63,462 nt of DNA, filler included, from Choristocarpus tenellus KU-1152 (GCA_964200185.2; 8 parts of 8 records of this genome joined end to end with filler, not necessarily neighbours in it), one strand, 5' to 3'; positions 26,063-38,381 are shown, counted from the whole stretch's first letter. The notes: generated from the letters alone by a model not told the origin. Numbers and translations are program-made.

Positions 26063-27776
26063 GTCACCACGAGCTGCTGGTGGGTTACATGTGGACATAC
26101 ATGGATTATTAATTGTCCGATGGGTTCCTGCCTTAGCCATCGCTTGATGTATAAACAAAGTCTCACTCATCATACTGACATTACATAAACGGACATGAAT
26201 ATGTCACACTATGTTATATGGTTGTGTCAGCACACACAACATTATTAGCATAACAACAATTATTGCGATTTCCTCCCCTTGCTGAAAAACCATAAACTCA
26301 GGAACCAAAAAAATATGTACACACATGCTACACTTCTACGAGCTCATCAAAAACTTCGTACGTCTGAAGATGTCAACGGAAAAATCTTAGTTAACATCTG
26401 CCCTCTGGTCTTCATTACCAACGAAAACAACAAGAATGTCCCTTTTCTAGCTAGGTCCCTCAGAAAATGGTGCTGGACATCAATGGGCTTTGCTCTGGTA
26501 GAGTTAGTGTCATTTCGTACTAGTTTGCATGCACCACCATTGTCCTCAAACATGTCAATGCAACGTCTGCGGTACTGTGGCTGAATATGCTCGAAAAGAC
26601 TTCGTAAGAAAAGTAATTCTTGTGCCACACTGCTAAGGGCTACATACTCACTCTCCATTGAGGCATAGCTACAACCTTTTTGGACCTTTGACATCCAAGA
26701 TATTGCTCCTCCTACAAACATTATGGCTCCCCCAGTCACTGATCTACGATCGTAACAATTCGCAGCTTAACTAGCATCGGCATATGCACTTAACTCGCGT
26801 TCAGTATCAAAAATACAAGAATCAATCCAGCACTTGGACATGTATTCGAATACGCAGAAACACACTTAAGAGCACGCCAATGTGCAACTTTGGGACTGCT
26901 ACTGTATTCGGCAACCTCATGAACTGCATTTGCAATATATCTAGCTGTTTATGATAGCTGCTCACATCAAACAACGAACAGCCTCTCTTTGTAGGGGAAA
27001 TTTTCCTCAGCACTACTTGGATGATCCTCATTCTTGTCTAAAGTCCTTGATCGATCGTGTACTTGGTCTGACTGATTATTACTGTTTGCAATTCTGCCAC
27101 GTGAAATCTCGCAATCCGTATAGTACTCAAAATCACCAAATCGTTTAATTCAGCTGCTCCTTAATCCTGGACCTAACACAAATCAAAACTTCATATATTC
27201 CTGCTATCATAAGGTCATCAACGTCGGGGATATTACACCAAAAATAATGTGATTTCTTAAATAGCGTAACACACAGGGATCTCTGCATTGTTCAAAACCA
27301 CATTTTTCCAAAACGCGTGCACCAAAAATTATCCAACTCCCTGCTAGCCTGTTTGGTGCCATAGAGTGCTTTCACTATACGGACAATCTTCCCTGATCGC
27401 AAACCACATCCATCACATAAAGGAACTAATATTTCCTATCTGGACTCTGCTTATATAAAAGTCTGCTTCATATCCTACTGCATGAATCCTTGTCTGCAGC
27501 TCGTGCCATAATCATTCTTAAACATACAGGCCATATCGTCGCCATGAGCTGCTGGTGGGTTACATGGTGAACATATGCTGATTATTAATTTTCCGATGTG
27601 TTTCTGTCTTAGCCATCACCTAACGTATAAACAATGTCTGGCTCATCATAGCGCTCAGTATGATGCCACTGTGTGTATTGTACCGAATATTATATGAACG
27701 AACATGAAACTGTTACACTGTGTTACATGGTTGTATCAGCACACTAAACGTAAGCATGACACCATTTATTGCGACA
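26063..27776 (-). mobile_element. Internally deleted Ty1/copia element: partial LTR 27538-27776, RT/RNase H remnant, PPT, LTR part 26063-26268
   Basis: RNase H ORF 26347-26739 (GGAISWMSKVQK...SMESEYVAL...FEDNGGAC...RAKPIDVQHHFLR...MLTK). Diverged direct repeats start TGTCGC on the minus strand. PPT AAGGGGAGGAA at 26270-26280. Confidence 0.9.
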
Positions 27777-27859
27777 GCACACTAACCACTGAGAATGGTG
27801 GAGTACCACTTGTATCACGCACTTGTTGTGTGGGGCTCATTGGGATGTGGATATCTTGC

Positions 27860-28520
27860 TAGAATATTACACAAGCTGTTGCGGAACGAGAGACATTGTT
27901 ATTGCCAATCAAGGATTGAACTGAAGGCCTGTATGACACCATTATCAAGCTGTATTTCATCGATGCCAAGTTATGGAATCACTAATGCATCAATGGGCAA
28001 TGTGGTATCACCAAGTGTAAGTGCAAGAGCCAAAGTATCTTAGAGGGTAGGGCCGCTTCCATTTGGGGGCCAAAATCCAATGTTGCGATTTTGATGTAAT
28101 TTTGGCTATCGTGTTTGTTAGGAAGTGTCAACATCCGTGTTCCGGACACACCTTTTCATAACGCATACATTTTTCCTACTCCAAAGCATTTTGAAGTAGG
28201 AAAATGTCATTAAAAAACCAACGAGATGCCAAGCCCCAAATGGACAAACAGGGCAAAACTCGTACCCTCTAAGATACTTTCACTCGCAAAGCAAATCCAC
28301 AAATATGCAGTGGTGAACCATTATTAGGAGTACATAGATTTATTACGCCGCGTTGAGCAGGATGCACAACCAAATGTTTGAGTTGAGAGTGATTGCAGGC
28401 TAATATCTCTGAAATGCATGGCTCAACACTTGCTGTATCAATGGTTAATTCACCTTCTTGCTCTTCAACAATTCCAGATACAGGAACCCGTCGTGATGAA
28501 AACAATGAAGGTTTCGGAGT
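27860..28520 (-). mobile_element. Ty3/gypsy-type aspartic protease remnant, split by a MITE
   Basis: IDTASVEPCISE...NGSPLHICG continues past the MITE as FALTLGDTTLPIDALVIP*LG..ILDW. Confidence 0.65.
28027..28285 (+). mobile_element. Full-length Sola2-like MITE family A (259 bp)
   Basis: GAGCCAAAGTATCTTAGAGGGTA ... TACCCTCTAAGATACTTTCACTC; 4-bp TSD GCAA (28023-26, 28286-89). Confidence 0.93.
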
Positions 28521-28597
28521 AGATAAGTTTATGCGAAAATAACTGAACCAAGTTTGATTATTATTGTATGTAACCTTGGTTAAACTAAGAGGGCAAA

Positions 28598-28858
28598 GAG
28601 TTAAAGTATCTTAGAGGGTATGAGTTTTTCCCTGTTTGTCCATTTGGAGCTTGGCTTCCCATGGGTTTTTAGTGACATTTTACATATTCCAAACTGTTTC
28701 GAAGTAGGTAAAATGTATACCTTATGAAAAGGTGTGTCCAGAACAAGGATATTGACATCTCCAAACAAACGTGATATAGCCAAAATTGCATCAAAATTGC
28801 AACACTGGATTTTGGCCCCCAAATAGACGCGGCTCTACCCTCTAAGATACTTTGACTC
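28598..28858 (-). mobile_element. Full-length Sola2-like MITE family A (261 bp), inverted relative to the 28027 copy
   Basis: GAG...CTC termini; 4-bp TSD CAAA (28594-97, 28859-62). Confidence 0.93.
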
Positions 28859-29410
28859 CAAAGAAAAATGCATAGTAACGGACGGACAGTCAATAAACGG
28901 TGCCTCAGGAGCAACTGTTGTGACTGGTGTCAACTTCTGACGCTTGCCACTCCCTACGACAGTGTCGACTCAACCATGCTCATTCCCAAATGGACGTGAG
29001 TATGCAAATCACAATCCTCCTCTCTCACATCTTTGCGTTGCTCAGGCACTAAGGTCATTGACAGACACGGCAAAACCGACAGAGATGGAGTACCCTCTCC
29101 TACTTCGTACCAAGGTCCAAAACTCTAGGCGACTAAATGTAAAACAGGTAACACCCCTATTCCACACCTCATCGAAACAGCAATAACCGCCAAACACAAA
29201 AAATCTACAGAAGGGTAACTTTCTTCATATTATCATCACACAGTCCCCACCAACTCTAAGCATCAAACACACATCCTAAATTCAGAACATACCACACCCC
29301 ATCAATAAACGACCAACCCTTCCCGATACAAGACAATCAAATGCATCGTTTTGGAACACCTGCTTAGGGTCCAAATGGACACCCCAGTGCAGACCCCGCC
29401 CCCGCACCCC

Positions 29411-30352
29411 TGTTCGATTAGGCTCTTCCAACTCTATCGGACAGTTACGGTAAAATATGTATGGAGTAGAGGAAAATCAATTAGTGGCTGTTGAGTTATC
29501 AGAACCTTTTGCTAGTGATTAGTTGTATGAGGAAAATTCTCATAAAAAAGGAAATATTTATGGTTTTATGGGGTGTTGCATGCCCCACTTAACTTTAATC
29601 AATCACTCTACAGACACCAAGCATCTTGCTGGGTTTATCACCTTTATCCTCTTTGATGATTTGGGAGATACTTTTACACAATACACTGTACCTTAGGTTT
29701 CTAAGCCATCATCTCATCTCATCATGTCTACATGAGGAGATGCGATTCAAGAATTGCGGGAACCTGTTCCTTCCGAGGGCCCATCTGTCCAAGAATTCAG
29801 ACAGCTTATGGCGACGGTAGCGAAGTTGTCAAGAAACGTTGGCAATCTCATGGTTCAGTCTGAAAGAGTGGGCGATGGAGATCATCCCGTCATCCAGACC
29901 GCTGTGCCCAGCACACGGCCTTCGGCTGGGGGCGTACCAGTTGAAGTGGGTCCTATGGAACCCATGTTGAGGGAAAATTTCCCAGAGAGGGGAAACAGTT
30001 TTAATGCTGGGAGCATCAGAAGTGGAGCAAGCCGGAGGTCCGGTTCTTCAGAGAGATTGGGGACAGGCGCACATATTGTTCGCCCTACGACAAAGAGATC
30101 TAGAACCCAACCACCGAAACTATTGGACGACTCGGACTACCGGGATTGGTGGAGGCATTTCATCGTTCATTGCCGATATACCCACTGTTTGGATGCGTTG
30201 ACAAGGGAAAGACCAGTCAATCAAGAACGCTCCAACGAGGAACTTCTCTCGGACAGCTTCAGTGCGAATGATATCTGGATGGCCGAAGAGGCCTACCATG
30301 CACTTACTGTTGCTCTCGTTGCACCCACCACCAGGGCACTGTGCTATACGCA
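29411..30352 (+). mobile_element. Ty1/copia 5' LTR and gag ORF start, cut by a gap
   Basis: TG-initiated repeat shared with 20180. ORF 29754-30352 has a copia gag N-terminal pattern (PPKLLDDSDYRDWWRHF...CLDAL...AYHALTVAL). Confidence 0.75.
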
Positions 30353-30452
30353 NNNNNNNNNNNNNNNNNNNNNNNNNNNNNNNNNNNNNNNNNNNNTTAA
30401 TTAATTAANNNNNNNNNNNNNNNNNNNNNNNNNNNNNNNNNNNNNNNNNNNN

Positions 30453-30810
30453 GCAAGGTATGTAGCTGCACCCCACTAAGGATCCCATCAACCCCCCACC
30501 GGCAAAAAAAAAGCGATGCATTATGAAGGTGGTGTTCCTTGCAGCTGTAGCCCACCCTTGGAAGTTCTCCAACAGGGTGTGGTTTGATGGGAAAATCGGG
30601 ATCTGGCCATTTGTGGACACGAAGGTCGCTCAGCACTCCAACAAACACTTTCCTAAGGGCACCAAGGTGCTTGTCCCAACCGAGGTAGATGGGAAAGTTA
30701 TAAGAAGTTAAAGATAGAGGATATCATCCTGGTAATCTAGACCTTCAACTAGGCTGAAGGACACGTCATCTTCGTGCAACACGACATGGCAAAGCCATAC
30801 ACCAGGTTTC
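30453..30810 (+). mobile_element. Mariner-like (DD39D, plant/stramenopile type) transposase fragment
   Basis: KVVFLAAVAHP...WFDGKIGIWPFV...AQHSNKHFPKGT, followed by FVQHDMAKPY (equivalent to IQQDNAxPH). Confidence 0.85.
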
Positions 30811-32316
30811 GGGGACGGAATCATGGGTATAGTCTGTCGCATTTTGCTTGGAATTTTGTTGGGGAACCTTCACTATGTATATATTCATGAAGAATAGACG
30901 AACAAAAGTGTTCCTTCGTGTTAGATAAAATTGTTACACATTTAATTCTAAGAGGAACAGAAATTATTTCTATATCGCTATTAATACCACTATAAATTCT
31001 ATCGTACAAAAAAAATAGTCAAAGTTGTGAGTGAATGTGCAGATGGGAGTTGAATCAAACTTTGAAGTACGAAAACGTATGAATCGAAGTAGAAAATTGT
31101 TTATGATGGACATGAAGATAAGAAGTATAATTAATATAAAGTTTGCCCGTTTAACAAATAAGAAATTGATTTTTGCCATGATTTTTGAAGTATGTGATTG
31201 GTACGAATAACTAACTCCTGCAATCTACCACTCCACACCACTCCGTTCCTGGGTGAGTAGGTGGTGTAGTCTTCAGGTTGTGCGTCGTGCGGTGTGCCGT
31301 GTAGTGTATCCGTACAGAATACCGCCTAGGTGTGACTTTATGGCGGGTTCAAGGCCTCTCCCCCAAGGTATGATCTGCACCTTTCGGGGTTTCTAAGTCT
31401 TTTGTTTGTTAGAGCTTATTTTAAGTATCCTCATATACCTATGATGTATTTGACGGGTTGCTTTACTGCATTGTGTTCACTACGAATGCCTACTTTTGGA
31501 ATCTAGCTGCCCATATTTTTACAAGTGTCGCACATCAGCATGTTGTGTTTCGACCAGTCTGCCGCGAAACCTCTTGCCACAAGTTGGTCCCTGGCGAACG
31601 GTTGCAGGGTGCCGAACGGGTGCCAGCTATTATGTGAAGGCTTTGTTCGAGGTACCAGCCCATCGTAACTGGTGTCGAACACTCATCTGCCAAGGCCGTA
31701 TTCAATATACTCTATTGTGTTTGTGCAGTAGGACAGCACACAATTTCAGACGCCGTTCTAGCTTCTTAGTATAACCCAAGTGTTAAGTTCGTCTACGTTG
31801 CAATTACTTTTTTCTCAGCTCTTCTTTGCTACATTACTGTACTTCTACGCTGCCTTTGAATTGCTTTCAGATTCTGGTAATGGAGAGGGATTCTGTGTTT
31901 GTGCTGCTCTTTTATAGAGTGCTACACCCCTCCCGTACAATCGACTAGATGACTCGTTGGTGGTGATCACGGTTTATTCCACTTACGTAGCCTTTTTGCT
32001 AGCAAGACATGCCCATACCCACCCAGCCTTGGTACCTACAACACCCTACCTTCCTCCTGACCCCTACAATCTGACTCCTTCCAACCCCAATTGGTCACCG
32101 CAATCATCCTCAAGATAATTTCCTGGTGCAAGTATTAAGATACTTGGAGATTATGTAGCATTGTCCATCCAACCACCTGCTGCGCCCTCTCCTTTGAAGT
32201 ACTGGAAGGAGTAAGACCCTTTGCCCTTCTCTATGAAGAAATTGTTGGTGATCTTCACTTTACTAACCTCACACACCTTTCTCCATGACATGACCTCTGG
32301 TAAATCTCGGTCACAG

Positions 32317-32687
32317 GTGAGATACTGGAGCCACTGGTCAGACCTTCATCGGGCCCAGATTTCTCTGAATTTTCAGAGGGCGTGTCTAAGAGAGCACAAC
32401 CCCAAAGTTCCAAGCCTTGTCACTCCAACTCCCAGCCCACCTCGGGGAGTGCAGAGGCTCTCGATCTTCTGCATGTGCTGACCTATGTTGTGTCTATTGG
32501 TGCAATGGTTGTCCTCTATGGATACGACTTTGGCATCACAGCATGGGTTATTGTTGGGGTTAATTCTGCTGCCAAGCAGCAAGTGAGCCATGTTTATGGC
32601 TTCCTGCACAATAACTCCGTGGTGTTTGGGATTCTGGTGGCTAGTGTATCAATGGGCGGGGTCATTGGTGCAATGATGAGCCACAAG
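32317..32687 (+). CDS. MFS sugar-porter family transporter, exon with TM1-TM2
   Basis: CAG acceptor; ...VLYGYDFGI...GILVASVSMGGVIGAMM; the phase-0 GT donor joins the next exon. Confidence 0.8.
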
Positions 32688-33080
32688 GTGGGGGTGAGTT
32701 GGGTGTGGGCTAAATTTTTCGGAAGGGGCTGTGAAAATGTGCAGTGTGTTCTGTTCCTGTGTGGACAAGGAAGGGCTGGACAAACAAAGCGCTGGAAGTA
32801 AATAGGACATCCAGAAGCAGTATCCTTCTGTCCTTCGAGAGAAGTGTGTAGATCCAAATTTTGTGATGATTTCAACTCACCGCTCCAGCGACTGCTCCAA
32901 CACACAAAAATCTTTATATCTTGCCCGAAACCCCTGTGAAAGTACTCCTCCCTTCATCGTGAGAGTGTCACCCACCATCTTCACCCTGCCAGACCTCTAC
33001 TGCTCCCTGCTGTGTGACTTGTCGACTGTCAATACCCTTATTCCGGACTCTGTTCTTGCCTTGTTGTGGGTATTCCACAG

Positions 33081-33217
33081 CTTGACAATGTCTTTGGGAG
33101 AAGGAAGCAGTTACGCTTTGTGTGCTTGCTTTGCGGCTGTGGTGGGCTCATGGAGGCGTTGACAGGCTTGCATGTGTGGGACAATACTCTCTACTTGGTG
33201 CCTTATGTTGTGGGGAG
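33081..33217 (+). CDS. MFS sugar-porter family transporter, next exon (rest of gene beyond the gap or unresolved)
   Basis: CAG acceptor, GTGAG donor; LDNVFGRRK (MFS loop motif)...YVVGR. Confidence 0.8.
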
Positions 33218-36200
33218 GTGAGAGGAGAAGTTGGAGGGTGAGGGGGGGAGGGTGTTCCTCAGACCTTGATTGTGGTGGATCCCTGTGGTACATGTGAGTG
33301 GCCACATTGTGTCTTGTGCACTACTGTGAGATTTTTTCTTTATGGGCCAGTATCTGATATTGCACTTGAAGTAGTTTGTCCTGGAACAGGATAGAATGCA
33401 GTGATTGGAGGTGAACTTGAGGGTTTTGAGGGCTTGCTTGCCTTGCTGAAAAATACTGTCTGGATTAAGCTTAATAAGGGCTTGTTCTGCATGTTGCCAC
33501 TTACTCTTTGTATGTAGCTGTGGCAGGTTTGGTCCTCCCCCCCCCCCACCCACNNNNNNNNNNNNNNNNNNNNNNNNNNNNNNNNNNNNNNNNNNNNTTA
33601 ATTAATTAANNNNNNNNNNNNNNNNNNNNNNNNNNNNNNNNNNNNNNNNNNNNGAGGTAGTTATAGTGTTTGTGGGGGGCAGTTGGAGGGGGGAGTGGTC
33701 ATAGGAACTGTTGGAGTGGGGAGGAGACTTAAGGTTATTTTTTCCCCTCCTTTTGCTTGGCCTTGTGACTTTTCTAGACAAGGTTGGAGCTTGGTAGTGG
33801 TAGGATGTGCGGCGGTGGGGTGAGGTCGCTGAGTAGGTCGAACCCAGGGATCTAGTGTAAAGCACAGGAAAAATATTTTTTTGGGACAGAGTGTGGAAGG
33901 TTCTTCCTCCTGGTACGTTTTGTTGAGAGACAGGAAAGGATGCTGGGATTTGTTCTATCGGAAGTTGTATGAAGCTTTGTACTTGTGAGGAGGGAAGACA
34001 GCCGAGCAGGAGGGATGGCCGCTTGTGACTTCTTTTTCTTGTATGTTACGGTGCCCAGAAGTCTCGTGCGTTTGTTCATTGGCGAGCACAAGCGGTGTGC
34101 AAGTCGCTCGAGACGTGCGGTGTCTGGGTCTATTATCTCACCCTGTTGGCTGCCTGTTGGGTATTCAGTGAAGGTGGGTATTTGTTTTGTCCAACTGATA
34201 AGCAACACAGCAACATCCTGTTCGGGTGGTTTGTGCTTAAGAAGAGGAACTGGGAGGCAGGCAGTGGAAGGGTGTGATGACATTGAAGCTGCAGCTACGG
34301 AAACTCTGTTGTTTAATTGTCAGTTCCTATTTTCGAGGGCAAGAATAGAAAGTTGATATCATCCCTTTTTTCCAGTACCCACCTGGGGGCCATATGATAC
34401 GATACTTCCCCCACCCCTATCCACCCTTCTTCCCTTGGTTGTCAGCATAAGTCCAATGTATTGTCATGTGGGTGTGTCCCCAGTGTTTCTTTGCTGTGTC
34501 GCTTCATCTGTTTCTTTGCGGCTTGCTTGTTTGTCATGATGGTCTGACATAGCTTTTAATGGGGGGATATGGGAGGGGCATTCGCTTGCCTCAGTCGACC
34601 AGCACCATTTTTTTTTGTGTGCAATGAATGGGTTGGACAGGAGCAACTTATGTAGTGTTGGAATATTCAGCTGATGATCATTGGCAAAGGAGTAGACCTT
34701 GATCTAGGACTCCGGACAAGTGGGAGGACACTGGGCAAATAGAGGGTGGAGAATAAATTGTTGAGAAAGATTGGTCAAACTTGCATGGTCTTAGACGCAA
34801 TTTCAGGGTGCCAGTCATGAAGGTTGTTTTGCACTGCCCTTTGATTCCGCACGTAGCCCAAGACATACTATATGTAGTTAAGTTTGAGTGCTGTGACTAG
34901 GACCTTGAAAGGATCCTGATCTTGATGTTGTCTGATGTCTGAAGTCCAATGGTATAGTATTCATAGTGTGGTGTGATCCGCAATTTGATTGCATGTTTGC
35001 ATTCTGCGTCTGGGTGTTCTTGTTCAATGCGGACATGCCTGCCTTGTTGAAGGTTTGTTGCTGTCCAGAGTTGGTTTCTGCACAAGCCAATCGTCCAGTC
35101 CCTAACACAGTCCGTTGCTGTGTTTTTTCTGGATGCCGTGTGTAGTAGGTGGTTTATTGACCGTTTTCTTAGTCCTGCTATTGTTAGGGGGGGGGAGGGG
35201 GGTTGTACGAGGTTTGAACTGTGTAAAATAAGACTGCCATTGTTAATTTGTACAAGCAGTGTGTAGGTCGGTCAACCAGGTAGTTCAGTCATCCATATGC
35301 TACGTCTGACTTGACAATAAAGATGGCTGTCGGTGTGGTCAAACAGAGGGGAGATGAGGTGGTGTACAGTTGACGGATAGCAGATTGAGGGTGAAATAAA
35401 ATAGGGATTCGCAGGAAAGGGTTCATTGGCCGATTGGAAGCAGGCTATTTTTCGAGACCAGTTCATGTTCACGTTTGTCCTGTGATATGTCCTGAATGGC
35501 CATCAGTAACTAGGAGAAGTGCTTGACTGTTGTTATATGTGTGTGTGTTGGAGGTGATTATGGAGATTTTATGCCGGTCATGGTTGATTAGCCTATAATT
35601 GTAGCAATTCTTCTTGTTTGATTGAATTCTCTGAGGATTGTGCACGTTGAATATTGGTGGCTCTTGTCCCCGTCTGTGTAGACAGGTCAGAGTGAGTACG
35701 ATTTTGCAGACAAGCTGATCTTGATCGCTTGACATATAGCTAAGTTTTGTTTGTACTGCTATTGATACAAGTTGTTACGTCTTCTTGTTTTTTTTTTCAA
35801 TGCGTGCATTGTGTGTGCTGGAGCTAGCTTTAACTTGGTCATCCCAGCTAAAACTCTGTGCCCGTAGTGATTTTTTTGGTTAGGGTTAAAGATGTGTGTA
35901 CCAAACTTTCCACTTGCAACGAAATGCTACAAGCAACGTATTTTGTGGATGGGTGTTGAGAACCACAGAGGTCAGCTCTTCTTGGAGAACCTTTTTGTGT
36001 GTGTGGTTGCCAGAAACCCTCTCACTCTCTCCCTCTTATCTCTTTCTTTGAGAGGACACCGCTCCTTGATTTCAAATTGAAAATGATTGTACGTATATTC
36101 ACTTTTTTTTACCAGAGTAAATGGTCGTAAGGACCATTTCACGTTCATACTATTTACTATTGGTATCCAAGGAATGATGCGCGTGAATTTCATCATTTGC

Positions 36201-36483
36201 CTGCATTTATATATACAAAGGCTCACGAAGTATGCGAGGTCCAGAGAACGTAATCAAGTCATTGCGTTCACTTGGATAAAATCGAGAAAACATACATGTT
36301 GTACATTGTTGGCAGTCGCCTCCAGCATCAACTTCGTCGTGCCATAACTCTTGATCAACAACAATTTTTTTCATCAAAATTCGTCTGTTGCAATCGCATC
36401 ATCATGCTTAACCTTATTTGATGGGTCTCGGTTGGCCAACTTACAGTAATCGTGAGAAATACAGGACATACTTAAATCAAGTA

Positions 36484-36985
36484 GTCCGCGCGCACGGTTC
36501 GCACGGGGGTGCCACATGACGCGCGCGAAACACGCATTTAGGAATGATTTTGATGCCTCAAGAGGTCATCTTCACCCGGAGAACATACATGGGCGTTGTT
36601 TGTTATCTCTCCATTCTCTTTCCATTATTTCCCATTTATGCGATGTTGTCACCTGCTGGCTATCGACTCACTCATGGTGGCCTAGGCCTCTGAACCAGAT
36701 CATCCATGCAAGTCAAATGAGGCATTCTGAAGGTGCAGGCCTCCTGTGAGACTTAAATGTCTTATACGCCATGTCCAATTTGGTGCACTCCACGCCTTTC
36801 TCGTTGGGATATATCAGGTGGCAATGCTCAACCTGAAGAACCTCTCCACAATTACTCTGGACAGCCCCCCTTCCTCCTTTAGACTGACAGGAATGTTGGC
36901 TCTCATTCCAGGCAAAGTGTAGTCACAGTACCCTCGTCGTACATAGTGCTTCGCCTGCCCCCAGACCATCTCTTTGGAAGTATCA
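36484..36985 (-). mobile_element. Tc1/mariner (IS630-like, Sagan-type) transposase C-terminal fragment and probable terminus
   Basis: EMVWGQAKHYVRRGYCDYTLPGMRANIP...ERFFR...KG...YKTFKSHRR matches the C-terminus of this DDE clade. Confidence 0.8.
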
Positions 36986-37137
36986 AACAATGTCCTCAAA
37001 GACGCTCAACCAGAATCGTGTCCTGTGAGTGGCTTAAACAGTATTAAGCCGAGGTTAGCCCACGTACCGTTTGGTGGTGACCAATCTCGATTTTTTGAAG
37101 AGTTGCCCAACGATTTAATTGACGATCAGCATACCAA

Positions 37138-37230
37138 ATGAAAGCTCTGAATCTAAGCATCACTGGTGGAAAGGAATTCTTTCGTAAGAATATGTTTGGT
37201 CGTGATAATTCATTCCGGAACATTTCTAAG
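37138..37230 (+). CDS. Candidate first exon of the PPR gene
   Basis: ATG plus 31 codons ending at AAG|GT, in phase with the 37448 exon. The donor is weak and there is no homology support. Confidence 0.35.
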
Positions 37231-37447
37231 GTTATGTCCAAAACTTTCGGTGAAAATTTAACCTTACCAAACTATTATTCCGAAAAAGTCCTTTGCGCCA
37301 ATGATAGCTTAGATATAGAGCTTTCATTTGATTCGCTCATTGTTGATTAAATTGTTGGGCAACTCTATAAAAAAAAACAAGATTGGTCTCATCCTAGAGG
37401 GGACTACCAACAGTATAATTAATAGTAATCTCATCAACCTACAACAG

Positions 37448-37825
37448 AACTTGTGTTGTTACTGCATCGGTGGTAGTGTGCCGTTGACCATGCAGAAAGG
37501 AGGGACTGTATTAACTCAGTGTGAGGTCAATGTCCACAAGTCTACCGCAAGTATTCCTCCATCAGAGCTTGCAACACTTGTGTTTGACATTGTCGAAGAG
37601 GACTGGCTCGATATGGACAGTATGGGTTACCTTGGAGAACCTGATCGTAGGCTGGGCTTCACTGGATCTGTAGGAGGACTCGGTGACCTGTGCAATGATC
37701 ATTCGGTGGCAAAGCTCTTGGCCCGCCTTTGTGCAGGTGAGGTGGTCGAGACCAAGGCCTTCCTCCGTCCGATCTTCAAGTGGTGTAAGAAGGGTGGAGG
37801 CAAGGACAACCGCAACATCGACCAG
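37448..37825 (+). CDS. PPR gene exon (N-terminal region)
   Basis: CAG acceptor, GT donor, 126 open codons. It splices as ...IFKWCKKG...NIDQ|AFFY, a PPR-like helix pair. Confidence 0.65.
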
Positions 37826-38381
37826 GTGCAACTTTGCGTGATCTTCACAAAAATAAATGAGAACGGTGATAGAAAACGGTCCCACAATCTAAGAGCGTAC
37901 GTTTGAGCTTCTAAGGATCCTTGTACATGGACTCCGAGAGGCGTGGATGACAGGGTGATAAGATACTGAGATCAGACTTGTGTGGAGAATTTCACATTTG
38001 TAGGTGCTGGAAATTGTAGTCGTAGTGATTCGGAAATTCGTGAAGGGTACATCAATCCACTGTTTGTCCAACCATCTGTACGACCATGGTGGGCTCTTTT
38101 CTAGGAGTGACAGGGGGCGTTTCATGATGGATTGCAGTTGCCCGAAAACTGATGTTGGGGTGAATGAGGGTCCTATCGCTGCCTGAATTTCCCTCGTTGC
38201 CTTCGTGCTGTAACTCGTTTTTACCCTTCGTACCCCGGTTCCCTGTGTTTCTAGATTTTCTGTTCCCTGACTCGGAAGTTCCTTTCAGGTAGCCTTCTTT
38301 GCCTACCTATAATATTGTACCTGTCTGCCTGTCTCTCTGAACCCACCAAGTATCTCCTCTCCCCCTTCCCCTCTTCCACAG

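Noticed and set aside
37043-37440. Apparent bacterial operon fragment: SRFFEELP (UvrD/Rep-like tail) overlapping ATGA with a DegT-like start
   Set aside because: The resemblance is very short. The same ATG is explained more simply as the first exon of the PPR gene followed by an intron. A BLASTX hit to bacterial proteins would reopen it.
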